Notes under the pieces: model-generated
The model's database searches: none
What the model saw: the letters and a program-made list of their open reading frames with translations, nothing else
Told to the model about the DNA's origin: nothing
Part shown: positions 9,421-18,933 of the stretch, piece by piece
Layout: every line of letters starts with the position of its first letter
Numbering within the stretch: position 1 is the stretch's first letter
Position numbers and translations under genes: made by a program
From: a virus
DNA length: 64,000 bases
Reading direction: 5' to 3' (one strand)
IMG/VR virus record: IMGVR_UViG_3300044701_003269
Location: 96,001 to 160,000 of that record

Positions 9421-10995
9421 ATGGCTAATAGATTTCCATTAATTGCAAATTCTAGTTCAAATCAAATACAAGAACTTGCTTCTGGCGATAACCTTGATTT
9501 GACTAATTCGGGAATCAATAATGTTGGTAATATTTACTCAGTTGGTGTTGTTACTGCCACAAGTTTTTATGGGGATTTGGATGGAAATGCAACTTATGCA
9601 ACAACTGCTGGTTTAAGTACAGACGCAACAAAGCTTCAAACACCAAGAACGTTTGAAATTACAGGTGATGTAGTTGCCTCTGCAATTTCCTTTGATGGTT
9701 CAGGTAACGTATCATTAGCCGCAACCATTCAACCAAATTCGGTTGGTCTTGGAACTGATACTGAGGGTGAGTATGTAACAAATATCACGGGTACAGCAAA
9801 TCAAATTGAAGTTACTGGTGGAACTGGCGAAGGTTCAACACCAACATTAAGTGTTCCAAGTCAATTCACAGCACCACAAGATGTTACGGTCACTAGAGAT
9901 TTACAAGTCAATCGTGATCTTAATGTAAATGGAAACATTACGATTGGTGGAACTGGTGCAACTCTCTTTACAACTGAGTTTAAAGTTTTTGATCCAGATA
10001 TTGTTCTGGGTTTTAGAACTGATGGTAGTGGTAATGATATCTCAACAGATAATACAGCTAATCACGGTGGTATTGCAATTGCATCCACTGAGGGAACTCC
10101 TCTGATTTCTCTTTATGATGTAGGTGTTGGTGAAACAAATCCTGCCACATATAAGAAAATTATGTGGTTTAAGTCTGGAACATTCTCTGGATTAGGTACT
10201 GATGCTTGGATAAGTAATTATGCAATTGGCATTGGAAGTACTCAAGTACCTAATGGAGTTAGACTTGCTGCTGGTTCAGTTAAATTTACTGAAAATGACT
10301 TATCCGTTGTAAGAAATATTAATGCAACTGGCGTTGTTACTGCAACATCATTTAGTGGTTCTGGATCATCATTAACTGATGTCCCGATTTCTACAGGTAT
10401 TTCTGGACTTGGTGCAAATGTAGCAACATTCTTAGCAACACCTTCATCATCAAACTTAGCATCAGCAGTTACCGGTGAGACTGGTTCTGGAGCATTAGTA
10501 TTTGCCAATACCCCAACATTAGTTACTCCCGATATCGGTGCTGCTACAGGAACTTCTTTGAGTGTTTCGGGACAACTTGTTTCAACTCAAGCAAACTCCA
10601 CAACAACTGGTGGAGGACAGATATACTTGAATGGCGCAACAGGTAACAGAATTGACTTCAATATAAATGGTGTTGCTGCTCCTGCATTTGGAACAAGAAG
10701 TGCGGGAACAAAGATAGCTTTATATCCAGGCCTTGGTGCTTCGAGTGCAGACTATGCACTAGGTATTGAAAGTAGTACATTATGGTCTTCTGTTCCCACT
10801 ACTTCACAACAATTTAAATGGTATGCAGGAACCACCAACGTTGCAACTTTAACGGGATCTGGAAACTTATCATTAACAGGAAACTTAACTTCTAGTTCCG
10901 GAACTCTAGGATCAAATGGCACTGGAAATAGAACAGTTCAAGCCGGAGGATCTCCTAGTGGAGGTTCAGATGGTGACATCTATTATATTTACTAA
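9421..10995 (+). CDS. Tail fibre protein
   Basis: VVTATSFxG motifs, ATKLQTPRTFEITGDV..SFDGS; shares a 269-bp module with 1251..3884. Confidence 0.75.
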   Translation: MANRFPLIANSSSNQIQELASGDNLDLTNSGINNVGNIYSVGVVTATSFYGDLDGNATYATTAGLSTDATKLQTPRTFEITGDVVASAISFDGSGNVSLAATIQPNSVGLGTDTEGEYVTNITGTANQIEVTGGTGEGSTPTLSVPSQFTAPQDVTVTRDLQVNRDLNVNGNITIGGTGATLFTTEFKVFDPDIVLGFRTDGSGNDISTDNTANHGGIAIASTEGTPLISLYDVGVGETNPATYKKIMWFKSGTFSGLGTDAWISNYAIGIGSTQVPNGVRLAAGSVKFTENDLSVVRNINATGVVTATSFSGSGSSLTDVPISTGISGLGANVATFLATPSSSNLASAVTGETGSGALVFANTPTLVTPDIGAATGTSLSVSGQLVSTQANSTTTGGGQIYLNGATGNRIDFNINGVAAPAFGTRSAGTKIALYPGLGASSADYALGIESSTLWSSVPTTSQQFKWYAGTTNVATLTGSGNLSLTGNLTSSSGTLGSNGTGNRTVQAGGSPSGGSDGDIYYIY

Positions 10996-11006
10996 GGAGA
11001 TAAAAA

Positions 11007-11675
11007 ATGTCTTGGATTCCCACTAATTTACCCGAACCAACAAAGGAATATAATAATTTACAATCAAGTAAAAGATATTTGGTTGATGAAGAAATTGAAA
11101 AAAAACATCCAGGTTGGAAATATGACAATGGAGCTCTAGTTTGTGATGAATATCTTTTCAAAAATAATGGATGGCAACTAATAGTTGATAACTATCCAAC
11201 AGATTCTTCTGGAAAAATAGTTGTAAGAAATCCATCAAATCTTTGGATTAATAGTTCTGAAAATAATACTGTAGAAGTAACTTATAAAATTTATACTATA
11301 CTTGATGATGAATCTGTTGATTCGGATAATTTAAAAACCAAAACTTTAAAAAATCAATTAGATTGGTCATATAATGAAGAAGATTTGACGGTAACAAAAA
11401 CTTATGAAATTACTTATTATACTGATGAAGAACTTAATCAAAAAAAACTTTTTGATCTAAGAACAGCCAGAAATATTATTTTGGGCAGAACTGATTATAT
11501 GATTACACTTGGATATGAAAAAAATAAGACAATATCCCAAAAAATGAAAGATTACAGACAAGGACTGAGAGATATTACTGAAACAATAGATTTGAGTAAG
11601 GTTACTTTTTCTGATATTAGATCAGAAAAATGTTTCCCAGCACATCCACCATTGGAGGAAATATATGACGCTTAA
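11007..11675 (+). CDS. Tail fibre assembly chaperone-like protein
   Basis: C-terminal LRTARNIILGRTDY...YRQGLRDIT...FP..P motif; SD AAGGAG. Confidence 0.65.
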   Translation: MSWIPTNLPEPTKEYNNLQSSKRYLVDEEIEKKHPGWKYDNGALVCDEYLFKNNGWQLIVDNYPTDSSGKIVVRNPSNLWINSSENNTVEVTYKIYTILDDESVDSDNLKTKTLKNQLDWSYNEEDLTVTKTYEITYYTDEELNQKKLFDLRTARNIILGRTDYMITLGYEKNKTISQKMKDYRQGLRDITETIDLSKVTFSDIRSEKCFPAHPPLEEIYDA

Positions 11676-12723
11676 TGTTAGGAGTTCTTCGGTTTGGAGA
11701 GGAATTGCAGATGTATATGTAAAAGTTTCTGGAGTTTGGAGGACTATTCAGCAAGGATGGATTAAACAATCTGGAGTATGGAGAAATTTTTATGTTGCAG
11801 CTGAACCTGCAGAATATGTAATTTTTGGTGGAGATAGTGCTCCCACTACTGGAACTCTCACAGATCTTTCCGGATACACAACTATAAAAATTGGAGGGGT
11901 TGCTGCAGGAGGAAATGGAACTCCAAATCATCCGGGAGGATGTTGCCCCGGAACAGGAGCTGGGGGTGGAGGGGCCGCGAATATTAGAGGTAATAGTTTT
12001 CCTGTTCCAGGAAACTCTATTTCTAGTATCTATTATGAAGTAGGTGGTACAGGAACATCCGGAGATACTTATGTTAAAATAAACGGACCAAGTGGAACTG
12101 ATTTAATTAGATTTGTGGCAGGATCTCCTAATCCCAACCAAACTGCAGGTGCTGGAGGACCAAGTGCTGGAGGTGGTCCAAATTGCATAGCAGGTTCACC
12201 AGGAGCTCCTGGAGCAGATAGATATGGTAACGGTCCGGCAGCAGGCCCTAGTTCTGATGGAGGAACTGCAGGTGGAGGAGGTTCTGGTGGAGCAGTTGAT
12301 AATTTTAGACCAGGAACTACTGGAGGTTCAGGAGGATCAAGTAGTTTTTCATTTTCAGCACCTACATTAATGACCACAATCGGAACTGGTCCTGCGCCAA
12401 CAACTTGGTCAATAGGACCAGGTGGGCCACATGCTGGTGGTGGAGGTGGTTATGGTTCTACATCAAACACCACTAACGGAACAAATGCTGGTAGCGTTTT
12501 ATGGGCTGAAGGTGGTGGTGGATCTGGTGTGTATGCACCACCAGGTAGCGGTAATCCTGGATCAGGAGGTGCAGGTGCGGGTATTAGGTGGAATGATCCT
12601 TCAAACCCCACAAACAATGGAAAGTTTTTTGGTGGAGGAGGAGGTGGATTGGGTTCTTCAGTTAACCCACAAAATGGAAAAGGAGGAAAAGGATTCTTAA
12701 TTATTCAATTACTAACTTCATAA
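11665..12723 (+). CDS. Glycine-rich receptor-binding/adhesin-like protein
   Basis: N-terminal VYVKVSGVWR repeats, Gly-rich body, GKGGKGFLIIQ end. Confidence 0.7.
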   Translation: MTLNVRSSSVWRGIADVYVKVSGVWRTIQQGWIKQSGVWRNFYVAAEPAEYVIFGGDSAPTTGTLTDLSGYTTIKIGGVAAGGNGTPNHPGGCCPGTGAGGGGAANIRGNSFPVPGNSISSIYYEVGGTGTSGDTYVKINGPSGTDLIRFVAGSPNPNQTAGAGGPSAGGGPNCIAGSPGAPGADRYGNGPAAGPSSDGGTAGGGGSGGAVDNFRPGTTGGSGGSSSFSFSAPTLMTTIGTGPAPTTWSIGPGGPHAGGGGGYGSTSNTTNGTNAGSVLWAEGGGGSGVYAPPGSGNPGSGGAGAGIRWNDPSNPTNNGKFFGGGGGGLGSSVNPQNGKGGKGFLIIQLLTS

Positions 12724-12733
12724 TAATATTAAT

Positions 12734-13255
12734 ATGATAACTGAAATTTATACTGGTTCTGAGGCTATTTCTATAGCAGATAGAAATACTCTTGAAGATA
12801 TTTTTACATCTGATCTATTTCCTTGGTATTATAACCCAACCACCATAGGGGATAATAAAATTAATAGATCTCAATTTACTCATAGAATATATCTAGATGA
12901 TACTGTTTGTTCTGATCATTATTCTCTAATACATGATATTTTTTCTCGAAAAATACCCGAGTTTGAGACACATAAATTGACTAGAATTAAAGCAAATTTA
13001 AATATAGCTCATTCAAATAGAAGGACACTTCCTCCCCATAGAGATTTGGATGGGAAAGAAGGCGTAATTTACATTTATTATGTAAATGATTCTGATGGAT
13101 CAACTATTTTGTATGATGAGAGAAAAAAAATTAAAGTATATCCAAAAAAAGGCAAACTTATTAGATTTCCTGCTACTACATGGCATACAGGAAATGTTCC
13201 AAGAAAAAATGATAGAAGAATAGTTATTAATTTTGTATTTGAACCTTTAACATAG
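12734..13255 (+). CDS. 2OG-Fe(II) oxygenase superfamily protein
   Basis: PHRD (HxD), YYVNDSDGST, distal H (WHTG) and RIVINF. Confidence 0.85.
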   Translation: MITEIYTGSEAISIADRNTLEDIFTSDLFPWYYNPTTIGDNKINRSQFTHRIYLDDTVCSDHYSLIHDIFSRKIPEFETHKLTRIKANLNIAHSNRRTLPPHRDLDGKEGVIYIYYVNDSDGSTILYDERKKIKVYPKKGKLIRFPATTWHTGNVPRKNDRRIVINFVFEPLT

Positions 13256-13847
13256 AATCTCCAACTCCAAATTCTCCTACAGGGAATAAGTTAAAAGCAA
13301 TAGATATTCTTTCTGGATCTTTATAGTTAGTGCATATTCTATGTTGCAGATAACTTGGAAAAATTATCAGATGATTTTTTCTTGGATAAATTGGCCATAT
13401 TCTAGAATTATGAATATTCCATTCAACTGGATCTTCCAACATAAATCTTTGAGCATTTGGTCCATAACCAAATTGTAGAGGGGTATTCATATTGTCAAAG
13501 TAAAAAACCCCACTATACATTGAATTGCAGTGATTATGATATTGTCCAAAAGATCCTCTTAATGATTTCGTAGCCCATGAGGTTGTAATTTCAAAAGTAG
13601 AGTGATATTGTTTTAGAATGTTGTCTTTGTAATGGGTATTGAAATAATCTAGAAATATTTTTTTCTCTTTGGTAAATTTTTTAAAAATATATCTATTTAA
13701 TGAAATTTGTTGATTATATGCTAACTCAGAGGTTATTGGCTTGAACTCTAGATTTTTAACTTGTTCTTTAAACTCTGTAAAATCTTCTTCTACTTCTATA
13801 TCGAGAACTGTTGATGGGAAAAGAGGATAAATTTCATGAGATGTCAT
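13227..13847 (-). CDS. Putative 2OG-Fe(II) oxygenase (TIGR02466-like)
   Basis: SWA, HNHCNSMYSGVFY, IIFPSYLQH, RISIAFN. Confidence 0.85.
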   Translation of the reverse strand: MTSHEIYPLFPSTVLDIEVEEDFTEFKEQVKNLEFKPITSELAYNQQISLNRYIFKKFTKEKKIFLDYFNTHYKDNILKQYHSTFEITTSWATKSLRGSFGQYHNHCNSMYSGVFYFDNMNTPLQFGYGPNAQRFMLEDPVEWNIHNSRIWPIYPRKNHLIIFPSYLQHRICTNYKDPERISIAFNLFPVGEFGVGDSMLKVQIQN

Positions 13848-13882
13848 ATTATTAGATCAATTTAATCCAATTATAACATAAA

Positions 13883-13912
13883 TTGACATTACTTATCAAC
13901 ATCATATATAAT
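13883..13912 (+). promoter_or_regulatory. Sigma70-type promoter
   Basis: TTGACA-N18-TATAAT upstream of 13936. Confidence 0.6.
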
Positions 13913-13935
13913 AACACTGAATACATTATTCAAAT

Positions 13936-14571
13936 ATGGCATTTCAATCAATTTGGTACTTTACAAACCTACCAGACAAGATCGTAGATATTATTGAAGA
14001 AGATCTTGCAGAAAACTTTGACCCACAACTCCAAGATTCCAGAGTTGGTGCTGGTGATTATGGAACTGTAGATAAAGATAAAAGAAACGCAAAAAACGCC
14101 TGGGTTCCCACAAATCACTGGGTTGCAGGCTTTGTGTGGCATTATGTTCAACGAGCAAACCGTGAGAACTTTTTATATGACCTGACAAATATTGATGGTG
14201 AATCACTTCAATATACTGTGTATGGGGAAGGTGAGTATTATGGTTGGCATAATGATGCTGGACTTGCTTCTCACTACAAACCAGTTTCTGCAGGTAATCG
14301 TGGAACTGGTGAAGAAATTGCTTCAGATTTCATTAATGAAAACTGTGAGAAAGTAAGAAAGTTGTCTTTCAGTTTGCTTCTTTCTGACCCAGAAACTTAT
14401 GAAGGTGGAAACTTACAACTTCTTTCGGAGAATGGGAAATCTTATATTGCCCCAAGGCAAAGAGGAACGATTATTCTCTTTGATTCTCGTACACAACACC
14501 GAGTTCAGAAAGTAACTAAAGGTGTTCGTAAGAGTTTGGTTGGTTGGACTGTTGGACCTCGTTGGAAGTGA
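13936..14571 (+). CDS. 2OG-Fe(II) oxygenase (PKHD/prolyl-hydroxylase-like)
   Basis: YGWHND, RKLSFSLLLSDP..YEGGNL, FDSRTQHRV..VTKGVRKSLVGW. Confidence 0.9.
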   Translation: MAFQSIWYFTNLPDKIVDIIEEDLAENFDPQLQDSRVGAGDYGTVDKDKRNAKNAWVPTNHWVAGFVWHYVQRANRENFLYDLTNIDGESLQYTVYGEGEYYGWHNDAGLASHYKPVSAGNRGTGEEIASDFINENCEKVRKLSFSLLLSDPETYEGGNLQLLSENGKSYIAPRQRGTIILFDSRTQHRVQKVTKGVRKSLVGWTVGPRWK

Positions 14572-14574
14572 GTT

Positions 14575-15294
14575 ATGGCAGAAGAAATGACACAAGAACA
14601 GATTGACTGGCAAGAAAAAGTCAATTCTGGTACATCACCAACAAATAACGAAGAGTTTGATAAGAACGGATATCTGGTTCTAAGAAATCTTTGGGATCCG
14701 AAAGATCTTTATTCAGACCCACCAGTAATCAAAGGACAATACAATTACTTTGGAAAGGTTGATAAGTTCAATCACATCCCAGTAGAAAATCAAGTAGAAG
14801 GTTCAACTTCAAGGTATTATTGGCCTCCTTATAAGTTTGCTCATTCTCAAATTCGTCTCAAACTTGAGGAAGCAATTGGTAAGAAACTTTATAATACTTA
14901 CTATTACGATAGGTTTTATAATCCAGGACAAGCACTGACAAATCACGCAGACAGACCAGCTTGTGAGATTTCAGTAACAGTTCATATTGGTTCTAATATC
15001 AGTACTCCTTGGCCTATTTGGATTAAGACACCAGATACTTATGATGATGCCAAAAAGAGAACTTTGGTTATAAAAAAAGGTGAAAATCGTTCAGTGATCT
15101 TAAATCCTGGTGATGGTATGATTTACAAAGGGTGTGAGAGACCACACTGGAGAGATCCAATGCCAACTGAGTATCGTAGAACTTGGTATGGTAAGAAGGT
15201 GGAAAAAGAAGGTTTATATTATCATCAAGTCTTTTTCCATTATGTTCTTGCTGATGGTACAAGAGCCCATTGTGCTAATGATATGGCATCATAA
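14575..15294 (+). CDS. 2OG-Fe(II) oxygenase-like protein
   Basis: HADRPACEISVT, LNPGDGMIYKGCERPHWR, QVFFHYV. Confidence 0.8.
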   Translation: MAEEMTQEQIDWQEKVNSGTSPTNNEEFDKNGYLVLRNLWDPKDLYSDPPVIKGQYNYFGKVDKFNHIPVENQVEGSTSRYYWPPYKFAHSQIRLKLEEAIGKKLYNTYYYDRFYNPGQALTNHADRPACEISVTVHIGSNISTPWPIWIKTPDTYDDAKKRTLVIKKGENRSVILNPGDGMIYKGCERPHWRDPMPTEYRRTWYGKKVEKEGLYYHQVFFHYVLADGTRAHCANDMAS

Positions 15295-15309
15295 AGTGAC
15301 TAAAGTTTT

Positions 15310-15447
15310 GTGAATGAAAACATTACTGATATTTTGATTGAAGCAATTGAGGATCAGCAAGAGCAAATAAATAGTCTCAAGGAAGAAAATCAATCTTTAA
15401 AAAATAAACTTTATTATGAATTTTGTAAAACTTGCATTGGAAAGTAA
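15310..15447 (+). pseudogene. Remnant of a Peptidase_S74 chaperone C-terminal coiled coil
   Basis: Manual translation gives ILIEAIEDQQEQINSLKEENQSLK, like YLIDAIKELKKEIEDL at the end of 1251..3884; no upstream fibre domain. Confidence 0.5.
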
Positions 15448-16390
15448 AGGCAGCATAAAGCCTTTACTTATTAACCCAGAAGATCTTACAGGACCATCAA
15501 TTACAAATCCTTCTGTCTTTGTTTATCAAAATAAGATATTAGTCAATCTTCGCAATGTAAATTACACTTTATATCACTCAGAACTCAATAGATTTGAGCA
15601 TATGTGGGGTCCGTTGTCCTACATTCACCCTGAGAATGATATGCACCTGCGAACGACTAACTACATCGCAGAACTTGATGACAACTTGGATATAGTTCAT
15701 TATTCAAAGATAGATACATCTAAGTTTGATACTTACAAACCACAATGGGACTTTGTGGGACTGGAAGATGTTCGTTTAGTAGAATGGAACGATAAGTTAT
15801 ATGGTATTGGTGTTCGCAGAGATTTAGACACCAAAGGAACTGGAAGAATGGAAATCAGTGAACTTGAGATTTCTGGTTCTGAAGTTAAGGAAGTGTTCCG
15901 ATATAGAATTCCAGGACCACCACCTGATAACGAGTACTGTATGAAGAACTGTACTCCAATCTTAGATAAACCATTTCATCTTTTAAAGTGGACCAATCCA
16001 ACTTGTTTGATGAAGTTTGATATTACTGGAAAAGAAACAGGGGTATTTGAAACAAATTCATATGCACCTACAAATAATGATTTGAGAGGTGGTTCTCAGG
16101 TCATTCCTTATAAAGGTGGTTACTTGTCAATTTTACACGAAACAGACCTTTATAAGAGTGAACAAGGAAGAAAAAACGCAACTTATAGACACCGTTTTGT
16201 GATTTGGAATAAAGATTTTCAAATTATTAAAGTATCCAAACTCTTCTCATTTATGAATATGAAGATTGAGTTTTGTTGTGGTATGGCAGAGTATAAGAAT
16301 GATTATCTCATTACCTTTGGAGCTCAAGATAATGCTGGGTATATTCTAAAAGTTTCTAAGAGTGTAGTGGAGGACTTTATCAATGAGTGA
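15416..16390 (+). CDS. Five-bladed beta-propeller glycosidase/phosphorylase-like protein (GH43/GH130-like)
   Basis: NPSV, GLEDVRL, KNCTP, LRGGSQ, IEFCCG, ITFGAQD motifs. Confidence 0.65.
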   Translation: MNFVKLALESKGSIKPLLINPEDLTGPSITNPSVFVYQNKILVNLRNVNYTLYHSELNRFEHMWGPLSYIHPENDMHLRTTNYIAELDDNLDIVHYSKIDTSKFDTYKPQWDFVGLEDVRLVEWNDKLYGIGVRRDLDTKGTGRMEISELEISGSEVKEVFRYRIPGPPPDNEYCMKNCTPILDKPFHLLKWTNPTCLMKFDITGKETGVFETNSYAPTNNDLRGGSQVIPYKGGYLSILHETDLYKSEQGRKNATYRHRFVIWNKDFQIIKVSKLFSFMNMKIEFCCGMAEYKNDYLITFGAQDNAGYILKVSKSVVEDFINE

Positions 16391-17621
16391 ACTAATTCAA
16401 TTTTCTTTAGATACAGAAAATGCAGAGAAGAATTATAATCTTGCCAAATGGTATGAAAATCAGGGACATACTGCACCTGCACTTACATACTATTTGAGAG
16501 CATCTGAAAGGACAGAAGATAAAACATTTGCATATAAGTGTCTAATAAAAGGATATTATTGTTATAATTCTCAAAAATCAAGGGATAATTCTGAAAAAAT
16601 ATTCCTTCAAAATGCAATTTCCCTTCTACCAAAAAGACCTGAGGCATATTTTCTAATTTCTCAATTTTATGAGAGACAAAAGAATTGGCAAGAATCTTAC
16701 ATCTATGCATCATTAGGATTAGAATGTTGTGATTTAGATTTAGAACCATTGGAAGAGAGTAATTATCCAGGAAAGTATGGCCTAATCTTTCAAAAAGCAG
16801 TGTGTGGATATTGGTGGGGTAAGGGACAAGAGGCAAGAATTCTTTTCCAAGATTTGATTGATAATTATCAAATGGAAAAACAGTATTATGACCTTGTAGT
16901 ATCTAATATCACTAAACTTGGTTCAGGTCCGAAAGAAATTGTATTCCGACAATATACTAAAGAAAATTTAGATAAACTCAGATTTAAATTTGATGGTTGC
17001 GAAAACATAAAAGAAAATTATTCACAAGTGTACCAAGATATGTTTACTCTTTTTATGCACGATGGAAAGAGAAATGGAACATACCTTGAAGTAGGAAGTG
17101 GAGACCCATTCTGGCTAAACAATACTTACTTACTTGAGTCACAATTTAACTGGAAAGGAGTTGGTATTGAGTATAACCAATCTCTATGTGAAAAATATAC
17201 CAAAAATCGTAAAAATCCAGTTATTTGTAAAGATGCTCACCAAGTTAATTTTAGAGAACTTCTGAACTCTTCTTTTGGCACTAAAGAAATTGATTACCTA
17301 CAACTTGATTGCGAACCATCAGAATCAACTTATAGAATACTGACATCATTACCCTTAGATGAATATAAGTTTGCTGTGATTACATACGAACACGATTATT
17401 ATGTTGATGTCTCAAGGACATATAGAGATAAATCAAGGGAGTATTTGAAGTCCAAAGGATATAAACTTGTGGTTTCAAATGTTTCACCAACAACTTGGAG
17501 TTCTTTTGAAGACTGGTGGGTTCATCCGGATTTAATTTCCAAGAAAAGAATTAAACAAATTAAAAACAAAGACAAATCTGTTAAAAAAATAGACGATTAT
17601 ATGCTTAGTGGACAGTCATAA
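16383..17621 (+). CDS. TPR domain fused to FkbM-like SAM methyltransferase
   Basis: Helical N-terminus (PKRPEAYF); YSQVYQD, GTYLEVGSGDP..NNTYLLE..WKGVGIE, IDYLQLDCEP, FEDWWVHP. Confidence 0.8.
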   Translation: MSELIQFSLDTENAEKNYNLAKWYENQGHTAPALTYYLRASERTEDKTFAYKCLIKGYYCYNSQKSRDNSEKIFLQNAISLLPKRPEAYFLISQFYERQKNWQESYIYASLGLECCDLDLEPLEESNYPGKYGLIFQKAVCGYWWGKGQEARILFQDLIDNYQMEKQYYDLVVSNITKLGSGPKEIVFRQYTKENLDKLRFKFDGCENIKENYSQVYQDMFTLFMHDGKRNGTYLEVGSGDPFWLNNTYLLESQFNWKGVGIEYNQSLCEKYTKNRKNPVICKDAHQVNFRELLNSSFGTKEIDYLQLDCEPSESTYRILTSLPLDEYKFAVITYEHDYYVDVSRTYRDKSREYLKSKGYKLVVSNVSPTTWSSFEDWWVHPDLISKKRIKQIKNKDKSVKKIDDYMLSGQS

Positions 17622-17666
17622 AACTGTCACACCCTACCCCTGAAAGACCTTCAGGGGTTTTATAGT
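17611..17666 (+). promoter_or_regulatory. Early promoter-like element B (ACTGTCACA box, stem-loop, -10)
   Basis: GACAGT..ACTGTC palindrome, hairpin ACCCCTGAA/TTCAGGGGT, TATAGT at 17661. Confidence 0.6.
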
Positions 17667-17792
17667 AGCCACAGTTCACCAGATACCAATGAGGTATTCC
17701 AACCTAGACCGACTGATTTTTGTTGGTAGTTTTATTTGGGTCGCACACTGGGCGACAAAAGTATCTGAAGTCGTCCTTAAGTCTTTGTTCTG

Positions 17793-18221
17793 ATGTATTC
17801 CCTTGATATTACGGGATATAATGCCCGTAAGAGACGTGTAGAAGACACTGTGGCTTGGTTTCTTGGGAAATACTTACCACGTCATCACATTCACGTTGAA
17901 GTGCTACATAGAGGTCTTCGTAGGGAAGAATCTTATGGGTATTGTTCTGTCTCTGGAGACATTTACAGACCCCGTGAGTTTCTGATTGAAATTGACCCTA
18001 AACTTGACCTTGAGCTTTATACAAAGACAATCATACACGAGTTAATTCATCTTCGTCAATGGGTTCAAGGAACTCTGAAAGAACGTAGAGGAAAGATGTA
18101 TTACAAGGACATTAATTGTGATGACTTAGATTACTGGGAACAACCACACGAAGTAGAAGCTCACTCACTCGAACAGATGTATTACGAAGACTACTTGACG
18201 GATACCCATAAGAGTGTGTAG
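17793..18221 (+). CDS. HEXXH zinc metallopeptidase-like protein
   Basis: TIIHELIHLRQ and downstream PHEVEA. Confidence 0.75.
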   Translation: MYSLDITGYNARKRRVEDTVAWFLGKYLPRHHIHVEVLHRGLRREESYGYCSVSGDIYRPREFLIEIDPKLDLELYTKTIIHELIHLRQWVQGTLKERRGKMYYKDINCDDLDYWEQPHEVEAHSLEQMYYEDYLTDTHKSV

Positions 18222-18265
18222 AATACCTTTGTCGAGGTTGATAAAAATATAGGCTCATAAAGCTC

Positions 18266-18760
18266 ATGAAAACAGTAGAAAGACACAAATACGATAAGAA
18301 TACCATCGTAAAGACAAGAAGATTAATTTTTAATCCTTATGAATATACTGAAAAGAATATGTGTCTTGTTGTGGGGTTGGTTCGTAGGAACTTAACCCCA
18401 GATTTGTTGAAAGGTAGAAAGAAACTGATGTATCCTGATGATGTAAAGACTAATCCCTGTTACGGTCATTGCTATCATTCCAGTCAAGCATTATTTTATC
18501 TTATGAATACAGACCAGTTAGTTCCAATGAGTGCAGAAGACTACAGAGGAGAAAAGCACTGGTGGTTACAGAATGGTGAAAAGATTTATGATGTAACTGC
18601 AGAGCAATATTATACTGTAGGGAAACTACCTCCTTATGCTTCTGGTAAGAAAACGGCATGGTATGGATGGAAAGGAAGACCACAACAGATTTCATTAGAT
18701 TTGATGGTTAGAGTACTTGGTGAGCGATTAGTGAGTGATGAGACATTCAAGGTCAATTAA
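18266..18760 (+). CDS. Hypothetical protein with possible Cys-His-Asp triad
   Basis: GHCYH...HWWL...IYDVTAEQY; stop codon lies inside repeat copy 1. Confidence 0.55.
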   Translation: MKTVERHKYDKNTIVKTRRLIFNPYEYTEKNMCLVVGLVRRNLTPDLLKGRKKLMYPDDVKTNPCYGHCYHSSQALFYLMNTDQLVPMSAEDYRGEKHWWLQNGEKIYDVTAEQYYTVGKLPPYASGKKTAWYGWKGRPQQISLDLMVRVLGERLVSDETFKVN

Positions 18761-18790
18761 AGTTACTTAGCTCTAAAGTGGATCTATAGT
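18755..18790 (+). repeat. 36-nt cassette-boundary repeat, copy 1
   Basis: AATTAAAGTTACTTAGCTCTAAAGTGGATCTATAGT, followed by GTG. Confidence 0.95.
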
Positions 18791-18832
18791 GTGAGGGACA
18801 AACGGTTCATACCACTTCCTTCACTGCCACAC

Positions 18833-18861
18833 TTGACAATGCTCTTCTGCTTTGTTATAGT
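18833..18861 (+). promoter_or_regulatory. Sigma70-type early promoter
   Basis: TTGACA-N17-TATAGT with extended -10 TG; ACTGCCACA just upstream. Confidence 0.75.
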
Positions 18862-18933
18862 AATCACGTTGGAAATTTCCAACACAATGGTTCCGCTGCC
18901 TTAAAGCGTGTTCTTTACTTACAATTGTCAATC

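Noticed and set aside
1478-10850. Diversity-generating retroelement in the tail-fibre repeats
   Set aside because: No reverse transcriptase is present, and differences between copies do not appear confined to adenines.
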